Assembly: GCF_001194135.2 (NCBI RefSeq)
Contig: NC_068985.1
Location: 73,767,885-73,813,106, forward strand
DNA from: Octopus bimaculoides
Lineage: Eukaryota
Length of the DNA: 45,222 nucleotides
Reading direction: 5' to 3'
The position numbers and the translations under genes are program-made. How positions within the stretch are numbered: position 1 is the stretch's first letter; every line of letters starts with the position of its first letter. This document shows, piece by piece, positions 12,514-25,103 of this stretch. The notes beneath the pieces are model-generated. The model was not told the DNA's origin, did not search any database, and was given only the letters and a program-made list of their open reading frames with translations.

Positions 12514-12640
12514 ATGGCGGGCAGTTTAGCCTAATTGTAAAGCTATTGGCCTTAATCCTCAAGAATTGTGAGTTCGAATCTCATGACGGTTTGTTGACAA
12601 TATTATCCACTTTGTAGGGGTAATTTACATTGTATCTGCG
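12514..12640 (+). mobile_element. Degenerate tRNA-like SINE head
   Basis: A-box-like tagcctaattg and B-box-like gagttcgaatc; no complete cloverleaf. Confidence 0.5.
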
Positions 12641-12737
12641 ATCGGAAATAAATCATCATTTTATTCGTATCTTACAATATACATTTCGGCAGTTATTTAT
12701 ATACACGTGATACACACATATGTATATATATAAATAC

Positions 12738-12951
12738 ATAGACTAATATCAAATTGGGAGGTGTAGTTCTATCACGTAGTAAACGGTATAAAATTGAAAT
12801 TAAATTTAATGCTAGAATCACTAAAATACTAGCTAATAAAGCAGCACCTATACAATATGCATCCCGAGAATTGCTCCCGAAGACCACAGCCTCGCCATAA
12901 TTTCTGCTTGAATAACTTTCCCTTGGAAAAAATCTCACCCTATTTGAAGAT
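12738..12951 (-). CDS. Candidate internal exon encoding one TM helix, class A GPCR TM1-ICL1-like
   Basis: Acceptor tatttacactttttag, then 71 open codons: SSNRVRFFPRESYSSRNYGEAVVFGSNSRDAYCIGAALLASILVILALNLISILYRLLRDRTTPPNLILVY. Donor gtattt is weak. No further exons confirmed. Confidence 0.33.
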
Positions 12952-13640
12952 CTAAAAAGTGTAAATAGGCTTTTCTTTTAAAAGCTTATCTGTTTACGAA
13001 GAAGAAAAATTATCCAATAATACAATATTTTCTATCACTATAATTATTCCAGCAATATTGCATAGAATTACCTTGTCCACTAATAGTATTATTTATAATT
13101 ATAACAATAAATTATCAATACTTCTCAGGGGGTGATTATCCGAGGAGCAGCTGTCCAGACATAAACAAAAAATAATGATACTTTGACAGGAAAAGCTGAA
13201 GTTGAAATAAAATATTGCAAGATAAAATGAATTTCGTGTTGTAGTAAAAATTTTCGAAATAAGAAAAGCCACACAATAGTTATCGAGTCCATAACCTCAT
13301 GGAAATATAAAACAAAAAAAAGATACCGTGAACTATATTTATCCTAATACCATATATCGGATGTCCTTGTCGCAGAAAAACAATGAAGAGTTAAGTGTAT
13401 ACAAAGATAGCAATTTCTTAAACAACATAAGTTTCATTGGAATCAAGTACAGAATCAGTGTTTCTGTAGCACGGGGTTAACTCACCATAATTGTTCGAAT
13501 TTACAATTGTTCGAATTTTCCTCATGTCTGGTGATATATATTAGCCTAATATGTATGCGTGTATGTATGTATGGACATATGCACTCTCTATCTGTGTGTA
13601 TATATATATTCTGTGATATATATATATATATATATTCTGT

Positions 13641-14062
13641 GATTTGTTTCAGTCATTTGACTGCGGCTATGCTGGAGGACCACGTTTAGTCGAGCAAATC
13701 AATCTCAGGACTTATTCTTTGTAAGCCTGGTACTTATTCCATCGGTCTCCTTTGCCAAACCGTTTAGTTACGGTGACGTAAACACACCAGCATCGGTTGT
13801 CAAGCGATATTGGGGGGACAAGCACAGACACAAAAACATAGTCCATTCCACTACACAAACAAACGCACGCGCGCGCGCACACACACACGCACACATATAA
13901 CGACGGGCTTCTTCTAGCTTCCGTCTACCAAATCCATTCACAAGTATTTGATTGGCCCGAGGCTATGGTAGAAGACACGTGATCAAGGTGCCACGTAGTG
14001 GGACTGAACCCAGAATTATGTGGTTGGTAACCCAAGCTACTTACCACGCAGCCACTCCTGTG
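13641..14062 (-). mobile_element. Near full-length family B tRNA-derived SINE
   Basis: rc head gcacaggagtggctgcgtggtaag...gggttcagtccc (A/B boxes), central CA-rich spacer, 3' gcatagccgcagtcaaatgactgaaacaa. Confidence 0.88.
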
Positions 14063-14072
14063 CATATAGCCA

Positions 14073-14074
<2 letters not shown>

Positions 14075-14141
<67 letters not shown>
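14075..14141. repeat. (TA)n microsatellite
   Basis: Direct inspection. Confidence 0.95.
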
Positions 14142-14145
<4 letters not shown>

Positions 14146-14690
14146 CAAATAAGTAACAAGGATGTGAAGCCATTCGTGCATTACGGCCGTTTCAGGCGGC
14201 TCCATTTAATCAGACAATGCATGTATTACATCAGTTTCAAATACACCACCATCTTCGGATTCAAAGATATAGATTTTCAACAAACAAGATACTCCATTAT
14301 AATTTTTAGCAAATCAGAACTAGAAGATGAAAGAATCCCATGCTGCTCCTTTTGTAGCAGAATTATCTTTCAGAGAAATAGATACACAAACTACAATTTT
14401 GGAGTGGCAGATGATGATTACAGCGAGGGGTTACGAGATAGTAATTTAGCTACAATTTGTTTCTTATCTATCCCTTTATCACCATCAAAGGATCTAATGC
14501 AGTTAGTATACTGCGCCCACTAACAATTAATACCACTCCGAGTTGATAGCTAAGTTCCAGCTGCTGATCATAAATTAAATATTGTCAGATATTCTCTCGA
14601 ACCTTAATTCTTTATGTCTATAAATTCCCTTCACCACATAAAGGAACACATCTAACTTTTTTCTATTCCTTTCTGTTTTGTAAGTTATAC

Positions 14691-14812
14691 GGCAACCTCA
14701 CCAGTGCCCGTGGCACCAAAAGCAGCACCCAGTACACTTAGGAATGTTATCAAGCTGATGATACCATTTTAACTATACTAGCATGGGCAGCAGACGTTAA
14801 ATGATGATGATA

Positions 14813-14873
<61 letters not shown>

Positions 14874-14926
14874 CGATGATGATGATGATGATGATGAGGA
14901 GGAGGAGGAGGAGGAGGAGGAGGATT

Positions 14927-14965
<39 letters not shown>

Positions 14966-14980
14966 TGGATGATGATAATG
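14691..14980 (+). mobile_element. 3' fragment of a SINE/RTE-like tail with long (GAT)n/(GAG)n tail
   Basis: ggcaacctcaccagtgccc...tagcatgggcagcagacgttaaa followed by GAT repeats. The RTE-type assignment rests on recall of this 3' end. Confidence 0.6.
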
Positions 14981-15819
14981 CATTAAAAAAAATCTTGTTT
15001 ACCAAAAACCTTAAATGAGGCATAAGCTGAAAATACTGCTAAGAGAATATAGGTATGACCAACTGAAATTGAAAGAACATTTAAGATAGAGAACAAATTA
15101 TATAGTTCTAAGTATAATTGCCAAACAATCAATAATTTTAGGTAAATGTCCGTTTGCGCATGACATCTGTGAGCATATGAAAGACAGAAAATGAAAATGA
15201 AATAAACATGAACAGCCTACTGAGAAATGACTCCTGTATTGACACTGTAAGATTATTATAGACCGGTACATTTGTTTGCAAATGTTTTTGCTGTAGTTGA
15301 TGCCATTGTTTATCTGTAGTTCCGACCATACCGAATAATCCCATGAAAAGTTATTTCAGCAATGGCCATCCCATCATTGTCTGGGAGAAATTTCATCTAT
15401 ATTGACTCTAATCAATATACTCTACTTTATGGAGAATATATAATTTGAGAATATAATTTGACGGAGATTTGACTAATATTTGAAATAAGTTGAGCAATCA
15501 TATGGTGGCTCCCTCGTTGTTGCCAATACGGATTATTATGGAATATATTGATATCAGGCGTATGTTATAGATTGCCAAATCTGCCACAGTATCGAAACAA
15601 CTGTGAATATACATTCATTTAACGTTGCTCCATTCTCGTCAGCTGAAAATGAGTACCAGTGTCAGTAGAAAGGTTTCACCATCCAAAAGATTTCCATCAC
15701 ATTCAGATGGAATAGGTATTGTACTGTCTTGCTCGTTTATACGGCGTAAAAACCAAATTACTCTTCGGCCTGATACCCGCAGGTGTATGACAGCTCTGAT
15801 TACATGATTTTACAACCCT

Positions 15820-15910
15820 GTCTCTCTCTCTCCCCTCTCTCTCCCTCTCTCTCTCCGCCGCTCTCTCTCTCTCTCTCCCTCTCTCTCTCTCCCTTTTTCT
15901 CTCTGTCTAT
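15820..15910. repeat. (CT)n microsatellite
   Basis: Direct inspection. Confidence 0.9.
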
Positions 15911-18900
15911 CCATCACTGTGTGCGTATATGTGAGAATTCGCCGTGTGGCTGTTTGACATGTTATATTTTGTGTATATTTGGCCCTTTATTTGATTAATC
16001 ATCCAGTCTAGGTCTGCTGATATGTACATGATTCAAAGCATTTTAGTTTTAACCAAATTCGTTTCTATAATAGGTATCTATTCTCCGTGATGAGAGAAAT
16101 ACGTAACATATTTGTGCTAAAACCTTGAATTCAGAGTAATTATTTGCGTGATCTCCATATTCTCGTGAAATAGGGCAACGTATGTGTTCAAAACACATTA
16201 TCCAATTTACCCAAGAGTTTTAAAAATGTTTGTTTACTATTAAACGTCACCGTAGACGTTTAAATCTTTTAAAACTGTTCCTTTCAGTATCACGTTTCTT
16301 TAAAAAATTCATTTAGGGTGTTGGATGAAAAGCGGTTGCCTTTTCCTCATTCAAATCTCCTTAAATTGTTGTTGGCAAGCAGCAGCTTGCGTGAAATTTG
16401 AACTTAAAAGGTAAACTTCTGGAGCAATTTGCTTGAATATAGTTGTTGAATAATTTAGCGATCCTCTCAATCTACCATATTGTGTGTTGGTCTACAAATG
16501 TGCTCGTATGCCTTTGTTATATAATTCTTCTATTAATGTTTAAAAATATATGCACGATCCCTGTCTGCTTCTCAGGATATATTCAGTATCACCATTTCCG
16601 CTCTTTATTTGCAGATGATATTTCTTTGTTATTATTTATGCATCTGCTGTAAATTTAATATTTCAGCTGCTAATATTTTTCTCTTATTTTTATTGTTTTA
16701 TTTGTATGGTTACAACGATCATTGCTATTGTATTGATGCTGTTGTGTTAACTATCACGGGTATGAGCTACTACTATTTCTTTCATTGCTGTTTTTGTTGT
16801 TAATCATTTTAAATATCACTTCATAGTTTCATTGTTAATATTTATATTATTTATTCTATTTGTACATTTATTCTAAAACCAAAAGATACCTGTTATTAAT
16901 TTCCTCCAATTTCCATTGAGTGAAAAGTGCTGCTAAAGTGTCAAATTTGACTCGCAATAATGAAATAAATATCTAGAAAGACTGCTTATAGAACAAGATC
17001 ATGTCTATCTCAACGGGGAACTTTTATAAACCAAATTCCGATTTAACATCAGGTGAAATTGGATGGAATGCTAAAGAATAAAAATTCGGGAATAAATTAA
17101 ATAACAAATATTAATGAACTAACAGTAATTATACATGAATTCAATATAATTGGTACAAATACTCGATACTCGATGTTCTACACCAATGCTGACGAATTTC
17201 TCAATAACGCAAAATCTGAAACTTAGCTACAAATTATGCGGATGTTTGTTATACAATACTAAACAAAATTATGATGAAATCTTGATTTAGTACTAATACA
17301 TCACATAAAGCAATATGACAGCACTAAGGAAAAGGAAATATACTTAAAACTATACTATTATTGTCTACGTATAATATATCAAAATGTAGACTAAAACACT
17401 ACATGCAAAAGTAAGAAAATAGCATTATTTGTAGTTGAGTTTATATAACATTTACATGTTAAGAAATCACAATTTCTCGACATGATATATAGATATAAAA
17501 TATATACATTGTTTCCTAGAATATCTAGCCATGAATGAAATATGTTCTCTTTCATCAATACTATATATGTTTTCTAACAATACTATATATGTTTTCCTCT
17601 AGTATGTACATTTAAGCTTGTGCTAATAAATTTCATTATGAAAATAAGACTATTTAGTTTAATTGATTTACAAAGAAATTTAAGGAGCGTTATTACATTG
17701 TATGAAAAATTATTACATTGTACTGAGTTATCAGAGATATTTTGGTGCTTCACCTATTTACACATTGCCGTCTGCAAATATTTGTTTAGCAGTTATTAAC
17801 ACGATGTGTTAAGAAATTTGGTGTAGATGAGAACATACGTAGAAAAACGTTAATGAATAAAAAGTGGTGAACGAGAGATGTAATCAAATACACAGTACTA
17901 CCAGGAGAAACAAGCAGAAGAAATATATTCCAAAGTAGAAGATCGAGAAAAGAATTAACAGAATATTACGAAATCGTTCTTAGAGTACTCTAGAGAATTA
18001 GTGCAGAAAATAATTCCATATTAAGCAAATTATTTGTATCCAGAATCCAGACGTCCGTCATGGGTTGTGCATTCCAGTTTATTATAGAAAAGCCAACACT
18101 AAGAAATACATATCATTGCAATTTCCACTCGAGACGTGTTATATAAGAAAATATTTGATAAAGCCTGAAACTGCCAAGGACAGAGTTTGTTACTGTATCA
18201 AACGCCAAACACTACACTTTCTGTGATTATATAAAGACTGGAAACAAATTCAAGTATCATTAACGTTCAAAATATAACCTTAAATAGCTAGTAATAGCAA
18301 GCAAATTTCCTTAGATTGACACAGATATTTCAAACAATGAAACAGCAAATGAGACAATGTTATAATATGAGATATCATGGGTACAGGCGGTATATGCTGG
18401 GTCATACATCATCTATGTCAAAACATAGCTGCTTCTAAACATCTATAAGGCAATTCTCCGGATACTAGCTCGTCTACTCACCTCACTTCAGACAAATATT
18501 AAAATACATTCGCATAAATACTATGCCGTCATGAGTGAAGCCATTAGTCGAATACAAAACACGAATATTAAATTTATTTAATAGCTGAGCTAACTACTGC
18601 TGCATATCGTTCTTTGAAGCGGTTCAGCAGTTATCACATAAAATAGAGTTTACATTCCCCACCTACTCGCGTGGAATCAGGTAAACATACACAGAAAAAT
18701 TGTGAGGCTACTACAAGACCTACTAAACTTATTTTACTTAGATTACTCTCTTGAGTCTTAAATGAGGAAATATAATATGAAATAATGCCGACCTATACAA
18801 CATTGATTATTTGGGGCTAAACAACAAAAGAACGAGAAATGTATTGACAAACATTGGAGATGGTGTTAGATACCCATATTTCAACACTGCAACGCATGCA

Positions 18901-21387
18901 ATCTACATTGTTTGAAAGAGTATGTATTCTAACTCTTATCTTTAGAGAGAATATTAGAAAATATGGATCATTGGGCCATATCACCTAATGCTTATTCATT
19001 TTACCGGCTAACTACGTATCATTGTTCTGAACAAACGAGAAGTTGGCTACAAAACAACGAGCACGTTCTTCCCAGTTAAATTATCACTTGTACAGAAGAA
19101 TGAAAGTGATTGTGCCTTCAGGCAAGTTACTTAGCAATTCTATGAATGAAATGATTTCAGTAATGCAGGTATTTACTATTCCACACACATTGAAATTATG
19201 GGAACACTATGATGCACGTATATATGCGGTCCGCGTGTAGATATGCATAGCATGCAATGATTTATTATATAAGGATTTTGAATTAATAATACAATCATGA
19301 TATTATAATATAAGTGAACTACAAGTTCATATGACTGAAATTATGAAACATTCATGAAATTAATGTTTTTCAATAAGTTAATCCTACCAGAAGTACAGTT
19401 ATCCAATAAATTAGACTATCCGTGTGCACCTTTCATTTCGTTACGTTGGATAAAATATATTTCCATTACAATTCCTTAAAGAATATTATTCCAAAGAAAT
19501 TCTTAAAAGATTATTACATTATTATTTATTATTTAATATTAAAACTTAAACTAAGAGTATTTTTACTTAAAGTGAATGAGAGAATAAATACAGAAACAAG
19601 GAAGCAACTACAATAAATGAAGTACGAAGGCTTACTATTTCAAAGCCAATTTCGTTATTTCCTCAATTATATAAAATTTATATTTAAATTTCATACAAAA
19701 ATTTCAGACTGTAATTCACGTATCTTCTTTAAAATTATTGGTTTTGCTTTTTTTACTCAGTTGGTTTTTGGAGTAATTTCTACAGAAAATTATGTTAAGT
19801 ATATTTTGTTAGCTTGCTGGAGACTCATTCGAAAACAGCAATGCACGAAACAACAATCGAATATAAATGGTCCACCAGTAAATTCATATTAACTGCAGAG
19901 ACAGTATTGATGCTGAGAGGTAAGATTTATCCTCACGTAAATGTGGAGGTTCAATTAGAACAAAATATACAGTAGGAGATACCATCACGAAAACTCTGAT
20001 ATTGACTTTTGGTGCAAAATTCACTATTGTTTATATCACTAGCGTGGAGATAGATCCCTGCCACCTCCAGCGCCGAGACAAGCAGTTCGCGTTACTTCAA
20101 CTCTCCTTGGTCTTCATCGGACGCTCAACCATTGGCGATAGAAGCGACTCATCTTCCTGCTAGTGCTATGTAGAAAGACACTGCCAGAAGAGGCACTGAT
20201 GTCACGATTAGCAAGTGAGCTTCTTAAAAATTATATATAGCAACAAAGGCAGTATCAATACCGAGAGGTAATGTTTATCTCCATTTAAACGTGGATATTC
20301 TGTGAGAAAACGCTATCCTGCCTTAGATACCATGCGAAAAACTCTCATATTGGCTTTCTCTCATGATATAAACAAGCGTGCATTTTGCACTGAGAAGACA
20401 ATACAAGGGTTTCTATAATGATACCTGTTGCAGTATAGTTTGTTCTAACAGTACATCTAAATTTAAGTGGGGATGAATATTACTTCTCAATTAATATTAT
20501 ATGTGAATACCTCACATGTTGATTTACATTCAAATAACATAACATGATATCCTTTTCATACTTGCCGTGACATAACGATATCAAGAATATGAGGTTGAAT
20601 ATTCGTTTCCCAGATTGAGAGCGTTATTGAAGCAAGTTTGTTCTTAATGATTTTCAGAGTATTTCATAAAGATCTGTGCAGACTATGAGTATTGAAGCCG
20701 AACAGAACAAATAACAAAAGAAATTGCGATTGTCAAAACTACTGACGCCAAATGGTATGATGAAATATGTATATTAATTTCCAACTCAGAATAAGTCAAA
20801 GAATTTGTGAATAGTACTCTATATAGATCTTTCAAATTAAATGTCTCATTTATAGGGGAGGGAACATGTTGGAATGATTAAAAATGCGTTCCGATTAAAA
20901 TTTTCTGTAATGAATTAAAAAACACACATTCAAATGAGACTGAGAAATTATACTATCACTGATGTAGCATCGCTGTAAAATATTAATTCGTACAAACTGA
21001 AATACTTTGTATAAAAATTATCGATATAATAACAATATGCATTAACGAAAATACTTTGATATGACAGATTGCACGTGTTCATGTATGAATGTAAGGAATT
21101 AGTTTTTACCTCATACGTTGTACGTATCTAATGATCTACTTCTTGTAAGACATATTCAAGTGCTCTTAAGTAGTTCGACACAATACAAATATCAATGCTT
21201 ATATCATTTTATTGAACCTAGGCATTAAGTGTATGATTATTAGTTAAGGAATTATAGCTAAATAAATAACATCCGAGTGTCGTGAAATTTTTTCTAAGTG
21301 ACAAATTTCCAAACTGTCTAATTTGATAAGCATACTTGTTTGAGGAATCTGCGAGATGCATTTCAAAAGTTTTAAGTTCTTTATCTA

Positions 21388-21497
<110 letters not shown>

Positions 21498-21699
21498 ATA
21501 ACTAGCCTAGATTATTGTAATTATAGTATATCCTTACGATACATCAAACAATCTGACATGCCAATATTTGTTATTCCTGATTGAAGAAGGCTGCAACAGA
21601 ACCTTGAACACATCCTGTTAAACAATGCTTATTACAGTAGACTAGTTTGAAGAATGCAGTCGAGACATGAAGACAATTTCGAAGCTCCCGATTCAATAA

Positions 21700-22250
21700 C
21701 AATTTTTATTAAACTGTGGAAAACGATACAGAAACTTATGAAGTGCTCCAGACTGTTTATAGATTAAATTGTCTGAGCCGAGCATCTTTACGTTTCCGCA
21801 CAGGCAAAGCAAGTCCACTAGGAAGCTCGTGTTGGTCCCTTTTCTTGAGAGCAAAGGTACCAACTACATCCACGAGTTCACTCTTGCGCGGAACTCGAAT
21901 GCGAAAGTTTAAAGTAGTTTAGGAAAAGTTTTCATCGCAAAATGTCTGAGCACCTGCAAAGCGACAACGCTCTAATCAACAATTCTATCCTGGTGGCCAA
22001 TTACTCGACATAGACGGGCAGCAAAACTATCCCTCACATTCTGTACACTCCAGACTTGCTCCCCGTGATATTTGGTTGTTCCTCAATTTGAATGAAAATA
22101 TGGAGCGCCTGTAACAAGTTTCCTGAAAAACGTTCCTTTCGAGGACATTCAGGGGCCCTTCTCAAAGTAGTTGGAACACGATAACAAGTTCATTAAAATC
22201 AGAGGATCCGACTTTGAATGAGTATAAATTGTTGTGCTTCTTTCTAACAG
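21700..22250 (+). mobile_element. Internally deleted mariner copy, same family as 6233-7530, opposite orientation
   Basis: TETYEVLQTVYRLNCLSRAS jumps to QSKSTRKLVLVPFLESKG; later DNALINNSILVANY, YTPDL, FEDIQGPFSK..DFE. Confidence 0.8.
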
Positions 22251-22599
22251 GGCTCAAACATTTCGAAATGTAGGCTATATATTCAATTCTTGTTATAGCT
22301 GGTTATCTTCTTATACCTGCCATTGTCTGTACATGCTCTGTGAGATATGTGTCAATATGAAAATTGCAGGTGATTTTAGTTGATATATTTCATGAACGCT
22401 TGTACAAATATCGGTACACAATGAATATTAAGAAGAATATATGAGACTGAAAAGATTTACTAAATTATACATGCAAACGGCTAGAGATGATAAAAACACG
22501 ATGAGGATATTTCTTAACATAGCATCGTTTAGAAGAACACAAGTACGATACTTGACGTGTAAATACACTTTTTATTGAGGAAAACTATATAGGTATGCA

Positions 22600-22662
<63 letters not shown>

Positions 22663-22684
22663 TTGTATATATAAGTATAATATA

Positions 22685-22880
22685 TTTTAAAGTATATATC
22701 TGTAAAAATATAATTATGATTAAGGCACTGGAATGCCAACGCCTATACAGTAGAAGTATATGCCAAATGTCTACAGGTCACTTGGATTGTAGATATTTGA
22801 AATCTACTTTTAGCGTATAGTATTTGGCATTCCAGCTACCTTAATTGTAATTATATTTTTAGAGTTATATACTTAAAAAT
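22685..22880. repeat. ~195-bp fold-back palindrome (MITE- or hairpin-like)
   Basis: aagtatatatctgtaaaaatataattatgattaagg..ctggaatgccaa..ctatac..agtaga..caaatgtctaca pairs with tgtagatatttg..tctact..gtatag..ttggcattccag..ccttaattgtaattatatttttagagttatatactt; loop ~12 nt. Confidence 0.8.
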
Positions 22881-22966
22881 GAATTTTTCCGATATGGTGA
22901 TTATTTATATGTTAGCTACTGACATAATCATTCATATCCTCAATTTATAAGTATATATATATATAT

Positions 22967-23020
<54 letters not shown>

Positions 23021-23649
23021 AAGATAAACGAGTGAAAAATTACAGAAGGCTTGTGTTACATAGTTAAAGTATATATTTAAATCGTTATGTCAGAAACATG
23101 TTATAAAATTTTGTGTATAGAAACATTGTATTTGGAGAAATAGCCGGTTTCGTGTTTTCTTTTCAAATTTCTCTACCTGTATCGCAACATCTCTTCGCTC
23201 CAGCGTATAAAATGGATTTCTAGATAGGGGAAGGTAATCAGGATTTTTTTCCGGTATAAGGGAGATAATCGAAATTTTGGAGATGATAGAATTTGATTAA
23301 TTTAACAAAGAACCATCTAAAGTACTAAATAGCCCGGCTATATTTGATGAGTTAGCATAGGACATTTTTACAGTGTGGTGGGTGAATATTTTGCTGTACG
23401 TTCCACTTTTATGTAAGCAACGATCGAATGCAGCGAGTCCCTTTAACACATTATCTTGGAAATGAAAGCTATGTTCCGAAGAGGCACTCTTAATATTTTT
23501 AACAAAGGTGCGCTTTTTAAAAAGATTTACGAAACAATTACCCAGGTGCATGCATACAGCTAATCGCACATTCACATACTGCAATCTAAATCATACCTAA
23601 TTAACAGTATCCGAATATCATGTATTTAAGCATGTACTTTCACAATCCA

Positions 23650-23934
23650 TATGTATATATGTATATAGATATATGTATCTATAAATGTATATATGTATAA
23701 TGTGAATGTATGTGTATGTGAATATATATACATATGTGTGTGTATAATGTGAGTGTATGTGTTTGCAATCGTGTGTGTGTATCTAAGTTTATGTACGTAT
23801 CTATATGCATCTGTATGGATGTGTGTGCATGTGTATATATGAGTATATACACATGTGTACTTACATATATTAGTTTGCATATATATATATATATATCCAT
23901 ATGTGTATATGTGTATGAGTAAATATGTATGTAC

Positions 23935-24019
<85 letters not shown>

Positions 24020-24050
24020 TGCACATATGTATATGTGTGTGCATATGCAC
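23650..24050. repeat. Long TA/TG-rich low-complexity microsatellite tract
   Basis: Direct inspection. Confidence 0.9.
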
Positions 24051-24502
24051 GAACATGAAACTACTTGTCCAACTATTACTCGTTCTTTCTCTTACTTTCT
24101 TTTTCCTCTAACAGTTATGACAGCTAAAGCTGATTAGGTCTTTATATCTTAACTGGAATGCATGTCTTCCACGTTCATATTTGATTTTTTTTGCATTTCT
24201 ACAACATTATTTGCTTTTATTAATTCCCGAACTTGATGGGTACATAACTAGAAGCCAGCTGACACTAAAGATCTCTAGTGAGACATCTTTTTCAATGTAC
24301 CTAAAGTGAACCAGACTGATGGGTTGAAACGTATGCTGTACCTTATAAAAGTCTATCCATATGCACATACACAGGCTGCGATGAGTAAATTGTTGCCATA
24401 TTATATTTCTTGTTTTGCGCATGCACATTGTTTCTTTTTGATTTTGTCCACTACACAGCATAGTAGGGTCAGTTGGGCACCATCTGTGATAAAACTAGCA
24501 CC

Positions 24503-25103
24503 ATGACGCCATTCACTCTGCTAGCAATTTGGAAACGACATGCTGTACTGCTTGACATTATCGCTGTAAGCTCCAATACGAACAGATGGTGAACACACAG
24601 AACATCTGTTGGCTTACCGTGTCCCAAAAACCTGTACCGAGAGTGATAAGAATCGATCATCCAATCAGCATCATGGTGTGTGGAGTGATCACTAATGATT
24701 GCGACGTTATGCTTCCATTCGTCTTCCTACACGGCCTCAGGCTCAACACGGTGGCCTACTTCAAATGTCTGGTGGAAGTGCAGGCATGCTGGAAGATCCT
24801 CTGTCTGATAACAGGGCTCTGCAGCATGCCACACAAACAGGAGAGCCAAGTCATGGCTGCCACCACACCACCACTAACATTTCGCCATCTAATCCCCCAG
24901 ACTGCAAGCCCTTTGATTAATATGTGTGGAGTGCAGTTGAGCGAGAGAACAACAAAACTCCTTGTAACACCAAAGATGAACTGAAGGCAAGGATTATGAT
25001 AGCATTCACCAAATGAAAAGAGGAGCCGTTCCAGAAGAGTTGAAGGAGATTCCGATGTCGTCTGGAGACCGTAGTTGAAGCCAATGGCGATTTTGTTGAA
25101 TAA
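24503..25103 (+). mobile_element. Internally deleted maT-like (DD37D-type) Tc1/mariner transposase relic
   Basis: N-terminus MTPFTLLAIWKRHAVLL joins directly to HPISIMVCGVIT..GLRLNT, PDCKPFD*YVWSAVERE, TKDELKARI, RLETVVEANGDFVE*. Confidence 0.75.

Noticed and set aside
12514-12600. Possible tRNA gene (also 41455-41500 and the SINE heads)
   Set aside because: A/B-box-like motifs only, no full cloverleaf or acceptor stem; better explained as SINE heads.
15138-15190. GKCPFAHD string resembling a CCCH zinc finger
   Set aside because: Only one Cys/His pair, and a stop follows within 10 codons.
16443-16803. Hydrophobic ORFs including a TM6-like IVCWS motif
   Set aside because: T-rich DNA readily gives F/L/I/C-rich frames; flanked by stops, no TM7 motif, and opposite strand to the 12738-12951 candidate.
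21575-21620. ttgaaga-aggct..-ttgaac as a hammerhead relic
   Set aside because: Both core halves are mismatched and stem II is poor.
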